DNA from: Pseudomonadota bacterium
Lineage (GTDB): Bacteria > Pseudomonadota > Alphaproteobacteria > Rhizobiales > Hyphomicrobiaceae
Assembly: GCA_018242295.1 (NCBI GenBank)
Contig: JAFECE010000010.1
Location: 3,724 to 67,723 of the forward strand
DNA length: 64,000 bases
Direction of reading: 5' to 3'
Part shown: positions 19,821 to 29,172 of the stretch, in pieces
How the letters are laid out: each line of letters starts with the position of its first letter
Position numbering within the stretch: the stretch's first letter is position 1
Program-made: the position numbers and the translations under genes
Notes under the pieces: model-generated
What the model was told of the DNA's origin: nothing
Seen by the model: only the letters and a program-made list of their open reading frames with translations
Databases searched by the model: none

Positions 19821-21062
19821 ATGCGCGCAGGTTTTCTCGTTTTCTCGGTGGCATCACTCATGCTTGCGGGGCTTTCCGCGACCGCCAATGCGGAAAGCAC
19901 TCCGCCGCCACCCCCGAACAAGCGCAATTGCCAGAACACGATACCGTTCAACCGCTGGCTCGCCGACTTCAAGCAAGAAGCCATATCCGAGGGCATCCGT
20001 CCGGAGACGATCGAGGAGACGATCGGTGGCATGACACCCGATCAGGGCACGATCGCCCGCGACCGGAAGCAGGGCTTCTTCTCGCAGACATTCGTCGAAT
20101 TCTACTTCAAGCTCGCCACCAAAGGTCGCGAGCAGATGGGCCGCACTTACCTGCAGCGCTATCGCCCCATCTTCGATCGTGCCGAGAAAGAGTTCGGCGT
20201 GCCGGGCGCGGTCATCACCGGGTTCTGGGCTCTTGAAAGCGACTTCGGCGGCGGTATGGGCAAGCTGCCGGTACTGCATTCTCTCGTAACCTTGGCGTGG
20301 GACTGCCGTCGCGGTGATATGTTCCGCGAAGAGTTGAAGGCGGCGATGAAAATCGTGGAGCGCGGCGATCTGACCCCCGATCAGATGATCGGCTCATGGG
20401 CGGGCGAACTCGGTCAGACGCAATTCCTGCCGCGCCACTATCTCAACTACGGCATCGATTACGACGGCGACGGCCGCGTCGATCTCATTCGCAGCAATGC
20501 CGACGTCATCGGATCGACGGCGAAGTTCCTCGCGTCGATGGGTTGGCGGCGCGGCGAGCCGTGGCTCGAGGAAGTCCGCGTCACGAAGGAGCTGCCGTGG
20601 GATAAGGCCGATTTGGCTATTCAACTGCCGCGCTCGCAATGGGTCGCGTGGGGCATAGAGGGTGTCGGCGGTAAGCGGCTTCCGGCGGATGGCCTTCAGG
20701 CTTCGCTCGTGCTGCCAATGGGACGCAACGGCCCGGCCTTTCTCGCTTACCCGAACTTCCTCGTTTATACGCAGTGGAACCAGTCGCTGACCTACGCGAT
20801 GACGGCCGCGCACCTTGCGGCGCGCATGGCGGGTGCGCCGAACCTCAGCCGCGAGAGTGGCAATGTCGCATCTCTCAGCTACGAACAGCTGAAGGAGCTG
20901 CAAAACCTCCTGAAGCGCCGGGGCTTCGATGTCGGTGAGATCGACGGCAAGCTTGGCGCGGGTACGCGCAAGGCCGTCAAAGAAATGCAGATGAAGTTTG
21001 GCTTGCCGGCTGACAGCTATCCGACGGCCGAGCTGCTGACAGCGCTGCGCGGACGCAGCTAG
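19821..21062 (+). CDS. lytic murein transglycosylase (MltB/SLT_2 type) with C-terminal peptidoglycan-binding domain
   Basis: Start moved to the ATG at 19821, giving a signal peptide (MRAGFLVFSVASLMLAGLSATANA). The catalytic region has FWALESDFGG and GSWAGELGQTQFLP. The C-terminal PG_binding_1-like repeat reads LQNLLKRRGFDVGEIDGKLGAGTRKAVKEMQ. Confidence 0.87.
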   Translation: MRAGFLVFSVASLMLAGLSATANAESTPPPPPNKRNCQNTIPFNRWLADFKQEAISEGIRPETIEETIGGMTPDQGTIARDRKQGFFSQTFVEFYFKLATKGREQMGRTYLQRYRPIFDRAEKEFGVPGAVITGFWALESDFGGGMGKLPVLHSLVTLAWDCRRGDMFREELKAAMKIVERGDLTPDQMIGSWAGELGQTQFLPRHYLNYGIDYDGDGRVDLIRSNADVIGSTAKFLASMGWRRGEPWLEEVRVTKELPWDKADLAIQLPRSQWVAWGIEGVGGKRLPADGLQASLVLPMGRNGPAFLAYPNFLVYTQWNQSLTYAMTAAHLAARMAGAPNLSRESGNVASLSYEQLKELQNLLKRRGFDVGEIDGKLGAGTRKAVKEMQMKFGLPADSYPTAELLTALRGRS

Positions 21063-21075
21063 GCGGCTTTGTGCA

Positions 21076-21122
21076 ATTGCGCCGGCGGCTCGTGTTCTGC
21101 GAGCCGCCGGCGCAATCATTTT
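21076..21122 (+). terminator. 17-bp perfect hairpin plus T-run, terminator between convergent transglycosylase and ndh genes
   Basis: ATTGCGCCGGCGGCTCG (21076-21092), loop TGTTCTG, CGAGCCGCCGGCGCAAT (21100-21116), then CATTTT. The core is repeated at 38445-38465. Confidence 0.8.
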
Positions 21123-21151
21123 CGATCACCGCAAAAAATGGCGTCTTGCAC

Positions 21152-22510
21152 TTAGTGCAGCTTGACCTGCGGTTCGGTGCGGCGGGTTAGAATGCGCGAA
21201 AGGGTATCGAGCGCGACCTTGATGTAGCCGTGCAGCGCGACCTCGTGCATCTTGTAAAGCGACCGATACATAATCTTCGCGAACCAGCCTTCGATGCGCA
21301 GCGATTTGCCTTCGATGAAGCCCATCAAATTGCCGACTGTCGAATATTTGCCGAGCGAAACCAGCGAACCGAAGTCGTGGTATTTGAACGGCGCCAGATC
21401 CGTCGCGCCGTTCATGCGGCGCTCGATCTGCTTCACGAGGTGAGTCGATTCCTGATGCGCTGCCTGCGCGCGCGGAGGGATCGGTGCCGTTTCGCCGTCG
21501 GGCAGCAAATAGGCGGCATCGCCGATGACAAAGATGTTGTCGTCCTTCGTCGTCTGCAGCGTCGGTTTGACGATGAGCGTGTTCATGCGGCTGACTTCAA
21601 GACCGTCGAGTTTCGAAAGCACGTCCGGGCCTTTGACGCCAGCGGCCCAGACGACAAGCTCGGATGGAATGAATTCGCCGTTACCCAGCGTCACGCCTTC
21701 GGCCGTGACTTTCGTGACCGGACTGCCGACACGGATATCGACGCCAATGCCGCGCAGGATGTTCGCGGTCGCCGCGGAAAGGCGCTCGGGAAGCGCGGGC
21801 AAGATGCGCGGTGCCGCTTCGATCAGCGTGATCTTGAAGTCTTTTTCGGGGTCCAGCTTATCGAGTCCGAATTCGATCAGGCCACGGGCCGCATGGTGCA
21901 GCTCTGCCGAAAGCTCCGATCCTGTGGCGCCGGCGCCAATGATTGCAACGTGAAGCTGGCCGTCTCTTACGGGGCCTGGCTGTGCGTAGGCGCGGACGCA
22001 AGCGTTCAGGAGACGCCGGTTGAACCGTTCCGCCTGCTCCGGCGTGTCGAGCATGATCGCATGCTCCGCCACGCCCGGTGTTCCAAAATCGTTGGAGACG
22101 CTGCCAATCGCGATAACGAGGGTGTCGTAGTTGAACCATCGATCCGGCGTGATTTCCCGGCCGTCCTCGTCGTAGGTCGCAGCGAGATGCACGCGCTTGT
22201 TGGTGCGGTCTAGCCCGATCATCTCACCGTAGCGATAACGAAATCCGTGCCAATGGCCTTGAGCCTGATAGGACAGCTCGTGGCGTCCGGTATCCATGCT
22301 GCCTGCCGCGATCTCGTGCAGGAGTGGTTTCCAGATGTGCGTGCGCGCACGATCGACGAGGGTAATTTCGGCCTTACCGGTCCGGCCGAGCCTTTTGCCG
22401 AGCTGTGTCGCGAGTTCTAGTCCTCCCGCGCCGCCGCCGACGATGACGATACGATAGGGCTGCTTTCCAGTGGTGCCTTCGGGCAAGGTAGCGGGAGCCT
22501 GCAAATTCAT
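21152..22510 (-). CDS. ndh: type II NADH dehydrogenase (NAD(P)/FAD-dependent oxidoreductase)
   Basis: 452 aa with two dinucleotide folds (IVIVGGGAGGLE and VAIIGAGATGSELSAEL) and an NDH-2 type C-terminus. Confidence 0.8.
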   Translation of the reverse strand: MNLQAPATLPEGTTGKQPYRIVIVGGGAGGLELATQLGKRLGRTGKAEITLVDRARTHIWKPLLHEIAAGSMDTGRHELSYQAQGHWHGFRYRYGEMIGLDRTNKRVHLAATYDEDGREITPDRWFNYDTLVIAIGSVSNDFGTPGVAEHAIMLDTPEQAERFNRRLLNACVRAYAQPGPVRDGQLHVAIIGAGATGSELSAELHHAARGLIEFGLDKLDPEKDFKITLIEAAPRILPALPERLSAATANILRGIGVDIRVGSPVTKVTAEGVTLGNGEFIPSELVVWAAGVKGPDVLSKLDGLEVSRMNTLIVKPTLQTTKDDNIFVIGDAAYLLPDGETAPIPPRAQAAHQESTHLVKQIERRMNGATDLAPFKYHDFGSLVSLGKYSTVGNLMGFIEGKSLRIEGWFAKIMYRSLYKMHEVALHGYIKVALDTLSRILTRRTEPQVKLH

Positions 22511-22546
22511 ATTGGCCTCATGCGCAAAGTCATGTCGGCGGCATTA

Positions 22547-24979
22547 TCAGGAACGTAGTTCGCCGCCCGTCGCCTTCTTAACATCCGTTACTATTTTTTT
22601 GGTTATCGTTTCGATCGCCTGATCGGTCAGCGTTTCAGTCGCAGGCTGGATCGTTATTTCTATGGCGATGGATTTTTTGCCCTCGGCCGCGAGACTGCCG
22701 CCTTCGAAAACGTCGAATACGTTGACGGCACGGATCAGCGTCTTGTCGGCATTGGCGGCGGCCTTCACCACGTCGCCTGCGGCGACGTCTTTCGGGACGA
22801 TGAAGGCGAGATCGCGTGTCACCGACAACAGATCGGATGCGGCAAGCGCCGGCTTGGCGCGCGATTTCTTTTTCTCCGGCGGCAGGGCGTCGAGGAAGAT
22901 TTCGAAAGCGGAAACCGGGGCTTCGACGTCGAGCGCCTTCAAAGTTGCCGGGTGAATTTCGCCGAAGTAAGCGAGCACGGTCTTCGGGCCGAGCTTGAGC
23001 GCAGCCGACCGGCCCGGGTGATACCATGCCGGGGCATCGCGCGTGATTTGCGCTTTCGACGGGTCGAACCCAAGCGCGGAAAGTGCCGCAAAAACATCAG
23101 CTTTCACATCGAATATGCCGACGGGGTTGGCGTTGCCGTCCCAGTGCCGGTTCGCGCCTGAAAGCCGCGCCGTTCCCGCGCGCACGCCTGCGGCGCTCGT
23201 GTACTGATCTTCCGGCTGCTCGCCGCGATAGGCCTGCCCGAGTTCGAACAGGGCGACATCGGCCAGTCCGCGATTGCGGTTGCGCGTCACGGCCGTCAGC
23301 AGGCCAGGCAGCAAGACCGGACGCATTGACGACATTTCGACCGAGATTGGATTTCCGAGGTCGAGAGCCGGGGAGCCACCGCCGAAATGCGTCGCCTGGT
23401 CTTTCGGGATGAAGCTCCACGTCACTGCTTCGACGAAGCCGCGGGCTGCGAGAAGACGGCGGGCGCGCCGGGCGCGCTTCTGCTTTTCCGTCAGCACAGC
23501 GCGCGCGATGCCGTCCTGGCGCGGCAGTGGTGTCGCGGGAATGCGGTCGAGACCGGCGATGCGTACGACTTCTTCGACGAGGTCGGCGGGGCCGTGGACG
23601 TCAGGACGCCACGTCGGGACCGTCACTTTCGCGGCGTTCGGCTTGCCTGAAATCGTGAAACCCAGGGCTGTGAGCGTATTCGAGATTTCCGTTTCTGTGA
23701 GCTTCACGCCCGACAGCTTCTCGACGCGCGCGAAGTCGAACGGAACGACACGCTCTTCGATGGGCTCCTTGCCGGCGACCTTGGCTTTTGAGGCTTCGCC
23801 TCCGCAAAACTTCAGGATCATGTCGGTGGCGAGATCGAGACCCGGACGAACGGAAGCCGGATCGACGCCGCGCTCGAACCGGTAGCGGGCGTCGGTCACG
23901 AGGCCGGTCTTGCGGCCTGTCGCGGCCGTGCGGACGGGATCGAACCAGGCGCTCTCAATGAGAACAGCTTTGGTCTCGGGTGTGCAGCCCGTGCTTTCGC
24001 CGCCCATGACGCCGCCGAGACCCAATGGTCCGCTGTCGTCAGCGATCACGCACATCGTGTCGTCGACCGTGTATTCCTTGCCGTCGAGCGCGAGAAACTT
24101 TTCGCCATTCTTGCCGAGACGGGCATGCAGCGCGCCCTTGATCTTGTGTGCGTCGTACACGTGCAGAGGGCGGCCGCGATCGAGCGAGATGTAATTCGTG
24201 ACGTCGACGAGGGCGTTGATCGGGCGCAGGCCTGCAGCTTTCAGTCGGCTCTGCATCCAATCGGGAGACGCACCATTCGCGACGTTGCGGATCGTTCGCG
24301 CGGCGAATACCGGGCAGGCATCAGCCGTTTCGGGTGTGAATTCAAGCTTGACCGGGATTTTGCAGTCGAAGGCTTCGTTAAGCGGTGCAAGCTTCGGCTC
24401 GGGCTTCAGCTTGCCCATGCCTGCGGCCGCGAGATCGCGGGCGATGCCGCGCACGCCGGTGCAGTCGGGACGGTTCGGCGTCAGTTTGACTTCGATGATC
24501 GGATCGTTGAGACCCACGACATCGATATAGCGGGCGCCGACGTTATCGGCCCATTCCGCGGGCAGATCGAGAATGCCGTCGCTTTCCTCGGAGAGCTCGA
24601 GCTCGGCGGCCGAGCACATCATGCCGTTGGAGACGACGCCGCGGACTGGTTTTTTCTCCAACGTGATTTTCGAACCTGGAATGTAGGTTCCGAGCGGTGC
24701 GAATACCGAGACCATGCCGGCGCGGGCGTTCGGTGCGCCGCAGACGACCTCCATCAGCGGCTCGCCCTTCGCGATCTCAACCTGGACGACCTGCAACTTG
24801 TCCGCGTTCGGATGTTTCTTCGCCTCGACGATGCGCGCGATCTTGAAGGCGCCGAGCAGCTTCGCCGGATCTTCGATGCCTTCGACTTCGAGGCCGATGG
24901 CCGACAGCGTCGTCGCGATCTCGTCGACGGATTTCTCCGTGTCGAGGTGATCCTTCAGCCAAGAGAACGTGAATTTCAT
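22547..24979 (-). CDS. pheT: phenylalanine--tRNA ligase beta subunit
   Basis: The canonical start MKFTFSWLKDHLDT is at the ATG at 24979, 11 nt after the pheS stop. The 810-aa product has the tRNA-binding, B3/4, B5 and FDX-ACB regions. The ORF-track start at 25363 runs into pheS. Confidence 0.95.
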   Translation of the reverse strand: MKFTFSWLKDHLDTEKSVDEIATTLSAIGLEVEGIEDPAKLLGAFKIARIVEAKKHPNADKLQVVQVEIAKGEPLMEVVCGAPNARAGMVSVFAPLGTYIPGSKITLEKKPVRGVVSNGMMCSAAELELSEESDGILDLPAEWADNVGARYIDVVGLNDPIIEVKLTPNRPDCTGVRGIARDLAAAGMGKLKPEPKLAPLNEAFDCKIPVKLEFTPETADACPVFAARTIRNVANGASPDWMQSRLKAAGLRPINALVDVTNYISLDRGRPLHVYDAHKIKGALHARLGKNGEKFLALDGKEYTVDDTMCVIADDSGPLGLGGVMGGESTGCTPETKAVLIESAWFDPVRTAATGRKTGLVTDARYRFERGVDPASVRPGLDLATDMILKFCGGEASKAKVAGKEPIEERVVPFDFARVEKLSGVKLTETEISNTLTALGFTISGKPNAAKVTVPTWRPDVHGPADLVEEVVRIAGLDRIPATPLPRQDGIARAVLTEKQKRARRARRLLAARGFVEAVTWSFIPKDQATHFGGGSPALDLGNPISVEMSSMRPVLLPGLLTAVTRNRNRGLADVALFELGQAYRGEQPEDQYTSAAGVRAGTARLSGANRHWDGNANPVGIFDVKADVFAALSALGFDPSKAQITRDAPAWYHPGRSAALKLGPKTVLAYFGEIHPATLKALDVEAPVSAFEIFLDALPPEKKKSRAKPALAASDLLSVTRDLAFIVPKDVAAGDVVKAAANADKTLIRAVNVFDVFEGGSLAAEGKKSIAIEITIQPATETLTDQAIETITKKIVTDVKKATGGELRS

Positions 24980-24990
24980 TTTTCGCGCCT

Positions 24991-26064
24991 TTAGGTCGAC
25001 AGCCCGCCGCCGAGGGTTGGGACGTCGAGCATCGAGAAGCCGTAGTGGCTGAGCCACTTCAAATCGCCGGAGAAGAACGAGCGCAGATCGGGAATGCCGT
25101 ACTTCAGCATCGTCAGCCGGTCGAGGCCGACGCCGAATGCGAAGCCTTGATACTTCTCGGGATCGAGCCCGCAGTTCCGAAGCACATTCGGATGAACCAT
25201 CCCGCAGCCGAGAATTTCCAGCCACTGGCCGGGCTTGCCGATCGCTTCGGCGCCGATGTCGACTTCCATCGACGGCTCTGTGAACGGGAAGTGCGAGGCG
25301 CGGAAGCGCATCTTCACCTCGTCGACCTCGAAGAAGGCCTTGCAGAATTCCTGCAGCACCCATTTGAGGTGGCCCATGTGGGTCGACTCGTCGATCACGA
25401 GGCCTTCGACCTGATGGAACATTGGTGTGTGCGTCTGGTCGCTGTCCATGCGGTAGACGCGGCCGGGCGCGATGATGCGGATTGGCGGTTTTTGCGCGAC
25501 CATCGTGCGGATCTGCACGGGGCTCGTATGCGTGCGGAGCAACAGCCGCGAGCCATCAGCTTTCGGTGAAAAATAGAACGTGTCGTGATCCTGGCGCGCC
25601 GGGTGCTCGGCCGGGATATTGAGCTTGTCGAAGTTCATCTCGTCCGTCTCGATGTCCGGACCTTCGGCGACCGAGAAACCCATATCGGCGAAGATTTCGA
25701 CAACCTCATCGAGAACCTGGCTGACCGGATGAATACGGCCCTCAGCGACGGGGCCAAGACGCACAGGCAGCGTGACGTCGGCGCGCTCGGTCTTGAGGCG
25801 TTCATCGAGCGCCGCCATTTCGAGCACGGCCTTGCGGGCATCGAGCGCGTCGGAGACTTTCGCCTTCAGCGTGTTGACGGTCTGGCCGAAGCTCTTGCGC
25901 TCTTCCGGGGGGAGTGAGCCAAGTTTGCTCATCAGCTCGGACACGCGGCCCTTTTTGCCGAGCGCCGAAACGCGGACGGCGTCGAGCGAGGCCAGATCGC
26001 CGGCGCCGGCAATCTCGGCCAGGAGGCTGGTTTCGAGTTCGGAGAGAACGTCAGAAGTGCTCAT
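24991..26064 (-). CDS. pheS: phenylalanine--tRNA ligase alpha subunit
   Basis: Class II aaRS motifs are present ([44 protein letters not shown]). The ATG at 26064 is preceded by GAGG; an alternative ATG lies at 26100. Confidence 0.95.
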   Translation of the reverse strand: MSTSDVLSELETSLLAEIAGAGDLASLDAVRVSALGKKGRVSELMSKLGSLPPEERKSFGQTVNTLKAKVSDALDARKAVLEMAALDERLKTERADVTLPVRLGPVAEGRIHPVSQVLDEVVEIFADMGFSVAEGPDIETDEMNFDKLNIPAEHPARQDHDTFYFSPKADGSRLLLRTHTSPVQIRTMVAQKPPIRIIAPGRVYRMDSDQTHTPMFHQVEGLVIDESTHMGHLKWVLQEFCKAFFEVDEVKMRFRASHFPFTEPSMEVDIGAEAIGKPGQWLEILGCGMVHPNVLRNCGLDPEKYQGFAFGVGLDRLTMLKYGIPDLRSFFSGDLKWLSHYGFSMLDVPTLGGGLST

Positions 26065-26271
26065 GCAAAACCTCGTCCGGGCGCGGGTCCCTGATGTCAT
26101 CCCGGACGACGCGCGGCCTTTGTTTGGCAGGCTTGGTGCGCACGATCAACTCCGCGCGACGATCCGCGGGCTCATATTCGTGAGCCAGATCGCCGTCGGA
26201 AGTGCTGGGTCCCGGCTTTACGCGACCGCGCTTGACGCGCGGCCGGCTTCGGCCGGGATGACGATCTTTTG

Positions 26272-26649
26272 TTAAGCTGCCTTTGCGACCGGCGAAGAGG
26301 CGGCGGCTGCAGCCTTGTCGACCAGAGCCTTGAAGCCCGCCGGATCGTTGATCGCGATATCCGAGAGGACCTTCCGGTCGACCTCGATGCCGAGATTCGT
26401 CAGGCCGTTGATAAAGCGCCCGTACGTCAGACCGTGCTCGCGGACAGCAGCGTTGATGCGCTGGATCCAGAGCGCGCGGAAATTGCGCTTACGACGCTTG
26501 CGGTCACGATAGGCGTACTGCTGCGACTTCTCGACCGCCTGCTTGGCAACGCGGATCGTATTCTTGCGGCGGCCATAAAAACCCTTGGCGGCCTTGATGA
26601 CTTTCTTGTGCTTGGCGTGGGCGGTAACGCCACGTTTGACGCGGGCCAT
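26272..26649 (-). CDS. rplT: 50S ribosomal protein L20
   Basis: [68 protein letters not shown] is a canonical L20 sequence. Confidence 0.98.
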   Translation of the reverse strand: MARVKRGVTAHAKHKKVIKAAKGFYGRRKNTIRVAKQAVEKSQQYAYRDRKRRKRNFRALWIQRINAAVREHGLTYGRFINGLTNLGIEVDRKVLSDIAINDPAGFKALVDKAAAAASSPVAKAA

Positions 26650-26746
26650 TGGAGAAAGCTCCTGGAATTAGTGCTTCAAGATGGGAAGAGATTTCGTTTG
26701 CCGCTTGGGGCTTCCTCAGGGAGCCAACGCCAAGCGGCGGGAGATC

Positions 26747-26947
26747 TCAGCGGTTATAAGGCATGTACTTCTTGACGATCTTCGCGTCAGAATCGTTCAG
26801 CACGCCTGTGCCGCGCGCCTTCTGAATGAATTTCGCCGTGCGCTTGATCATGCCGTGACGCTTGCCGGCCTGGGCGGCAACTACCTTGCCCGTGCCGGTC
26901 ATCTTGAAGCGCTTTTTGGCGCCGCTCTTCGTCTTCATTTTAGGCAT
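26747..26947 (-). CDS. rpmI: 50S ribosomal protein L35
   Basis: [37 protein letters not shown] is a canonical L35 sequence. Confidence 0.98.
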   Translation of the reverse strand: MPKMKTKSGAKKRFKMTGTGKVVAAQAGKRHGMIKRTAKFIQKARGTGVLNDSDAKIVKKYMPYNR

Positions 26948-27429
26948 TTTGCTTTGGTCCTTATATCGCTCACGGGCCGCACCGCCGATTGCTTGCGCGC
27001 TCGGCTGGCCCTCCGCGGGGGCGGCCCTTGCGCCGGGCCGCCTTGCGGCCCCGGCCCCTTTGGGTCCGAAGTGCGGAGGCGAGCTTGAGGCGCTCAGTGC
27101 CTGGGTTCTTTACGAACCGAAGTACGATCACCGGGTGGCGATTGCACTCTCGGCCGCATCTCTGCGACCGGTCCTGCGAAGGGTGCTTTTTGCGGTTTCC
27201 GCTTGTTTTTCAAAAGCATAAGAACCGCCACGGCATGCCTCGCCGGGCGGCTCTGGGCGGGTTTATAGGGGAGCCATCGGAACTTCGCAACATTTTCGGC
27301 AAGCGATGCGAAAAATGCAACGCGCGGACGGATTTCGGCGGAGACCTGCGAAATTCTCAAGAGTTACATTAGAACTAAATACAGAGTTAATGCGTTGTTA
27401 AGGGCGCAAAAGCACGAGGGAGACGGGCC

Positions 27430-27777
27430 GTGAAGCAGATCATCGATCAGATCGTCAGTTTGCTGCAGCAGGGCATCACGGCCATTTTCAGGTTCGTCGA
27501 GCTTGTCTGGCAGTGGTCGTTTGGCGAGATGCTGGCGATCTTTCAATCGAACTGGCAGGCGCTGCCGATTTGGAAAATCGCAGTGCTCGTGCTCGTCGTC
27601 ATCGCCATCATCTACGTGCTTTACAAGGGCTTCTTCCAGCTCTGGGCGGCGGCTGAGCAGATCTTCAAGGCGTTTGTCGAGCTGTTGATGGTTCTCGTTT
27701 CCATCCTGCCATACGTGCTGATCGCGGGCCTGATCGCGGCGGCGGGCAGCTACGTGATCCAGCACGTCAACCTCTAG
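27430..27777 (+). CDS. small hypothetical membrane protein (115 aa)
   Basis: The GTG at 27430 is preceded by GAGGGAGA with a 6-nt spacer. There are two or three hydrophobic helices (IWKIAVLVLVVIAIIYVLY and LMVLVSILPYVLIAGLIAAAGSYVI). Confidence 0.55.
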   Translation: MKQIIDQIVSLLQQGITAIFRFVELVWQWSFGEMLAIFQSNWQALPIWKIAVLVLVVIAIIYVLYKGFFQLWAAAEQIFKAFVELLMVLVSILPYVLIAGLIAAAGSYVIQHVNL

Positions 27778-27787
27778 CGCCAAGTGT

Positions 27788-28222
27788 TCAGGCTTGCGAC
27801 GCGGGCTCGGCGACTGCTGGCTCGCTCGCATTCGTGTTCTTGCTGAAGACGATACGCGTGCGGACGTAGTAGAGCGAGGCGAAGCAGATCAGCACAGAGA
27901 TCGTCTTGCCTTCGATCGGCGGCAGGTTCAACTCATGCACTGTCAGCCAGATGATGCCGGCAGTCAGAAGCAGGCCGAGCAGCGACGTTCCGACGAACTC
28001 CATGAACAGGCGATGCCGCGATTTGTGCGACATGTCATGCAGGAAGACGAAGTTTGTCGTCAGCGCGAAATTCACGACCATTCCGACGCCGTAAGCGATG
28101 ACGCTCGCAAGAATGGGAAACCCGAAGAGAGAAGTAAGACTGAGAAAGATCGTGTAATCGACGACGGTCGAAGCCAGGTTGACGCCGGTATAAAGCAGGG
28201 CATGGCGAACCTTGGGGTGCAT
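27788..28222 (-). CDS. GtrA-family membrane protein
   Basis: Four-helix GtrA-like pattern (ALLYTGVNLASTVVDYTIFLSLTSLFGFPILASVIAYGVGMVVNFALTTNFVF). Start set at the ATG at 28222 (MHPKVRH...). The ORF is open to 28450, so the start is uncertain. Confidence 0.7.
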   Translation of the reverse strand: MHPKVRHALLYTGVNLASTVVDYTIFLSLTSLFGFPILASVIAYGVGMVVNFALTTNFVFLHDMSHKSRHRLFMEFVGTSLLGLLLTAGIIWLTVHELNLPPIEGKTISVLICFASLYYVRTRIVFSKNTNASEPAVAEPASQA

Positions 28223-28556
28223 TCCGACGGCCTTCTCGCGACTGATTTCGAACGATGCGGGAGATAAAGCGGACTGGCAAGAGAACCGCTGTAACTTGGG
28301 AAACATCAGGACTTTTCGCGCGGGCGAGTTACTAGCGCGGGGCTCTCTTCCGCAGCTTTCTAGGCGGTTAGGGAAACTTCGGTTATGCGCCAAATCGACC
28401 GGAGCCATTGCTCTCACCCTCGGTATTGCCGCCGGTGCTTCGCGGTCCACGACGGTACACAGCAGAAAATTTCCATTTGCCGCGGATTGCGTCTCGTTAG
28501 CTCCCGTTGACTGGTGCGCGCGTCCACATCTGGCAAGCTAGGATGGCCGTGTTGAA

Positions 28557-28781
28557 GTGGCGTACTTTGAGAGTTTGGTCATGAGACTCGATCCGTTCGT
28601 CGTCGCGATTTTCTTTTTGGCGGCGCTGCCAACTGCTGCGATCAGTTTGCGTTCCGCAACCGGCTGGCGCGTAGGCGTGGTCTTCGCGGCGTTCTATCCG
28701 GCGTTGGTCTTGCTCGTCGGAATTTTGATGATTGCCGCATTTATTTCGCTTGCCGCGCTCGGTCTGGTGGACCTCGATTGA
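28557..28781 (+). CDS. small hypothetical two-helix membrane protein (74 aa)
   Basis: Two clear hydrophobic segments (VVAIFFLAALPTAAISL and VVFAAFYPALVLLVGILMIAAFISLAALGLV). Start is ambiguous (GTG at 28557 or ATG at 28581) and the SD is weak. Confidence 0.4.
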   Translation: MAYFESLVMRLDPFVVAIFFLAALPTAAISLRSATGWRVGVVFAAFYPALVLLVGILMIAAFISLAALGLVDLD

Positions 28782-28876
28782 GGACCAAAATCGCTTAGCG
28801 TTTCGCGGGGAACAGCGGCGATAGCCGTGGCTGTGGTGCTGTGGGCTGCATCAAATGCAGCCTATGGAGCAGCGCC

Positions 28877-29053
28877 ATGTACCATATCGTTCATATCGGC
28901 TTGAACAGCGACGCGCTGAAAAAGCTGGACGAACTGCGGCAAGCTTATCCAAACCTCTATAATCGCCAGGATATTATCCTTCGCCTTCTCGCCGATGCGC
29001 ACCAGAGTTTGGCAAACAACGCGCCGCAACCTAAGCTTCAGCTCGCTGCGTGA
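28877..29053 (+). CDS. small hypothetical protein with ribbon-helix-helix-like pattern (58 aa)
   Basis: The ATG at 28877 is preceded by GGAG with a 7-nt spacer. The pattern is a beta strand (YHIVHIGL), then helix (SDALKKLDELRQAY), then helix (RQDIILRLLADAHQSL). The fold assignment is inference only. Confidence 0.5.
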   Translation: MYHIVHIGLNSDALKKLDELRQAYPNLYNRQDIILRLLADAHQSLANNAPQPKLQLAA

Positions 29054-29116
29054 CGAATATTGCGGAAACTCCGTCTAGTTCAGTGTTCATTCAGTTTTTA
29101 GACGACACATTTTTCG

Positions 29117-29142
29117 CGCACGTTTGTTGCGTGCGTTTCTTT
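29117..29142 (+). terminator. short rho-independent terminator / possible attenuator
   Basis: CGCACG (29117-29122), loop TTTGTTG, CGTGCG (29130-29135), then TTTCTTT. It lies between the RHH-like ORF and the peptide ORF. Confidence 0.6.
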
Positions 29143-29172
29143 AATGCGTTCGTTTAAATTGCGGAGATGAAC

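Noticed and set aside
24980-25363. 128-codon N-terminal extension of pheT (ORF-track start at 25363)
   Set aside because: The extension runs through the 3' part of pheS in another frame. The canonical PheT N-terminus MKFTFSWLKDHL begins at 24979, right after the pheS stop.
26065-26271. Possible pheM-like leader-peptide attenuator between rplT and pheS
   Set aside because: Several hairpins exist (CCGGC-CGAA-GCCGG, CCGCGC-GTCAA-GCGCGG, CGTCCGGG...CCCGGACG). However, the only mini-ORF (MSPRIVARS) has no Phe codons and no terminator U-tract follows. This is most simply a structured intercistronic spacer.
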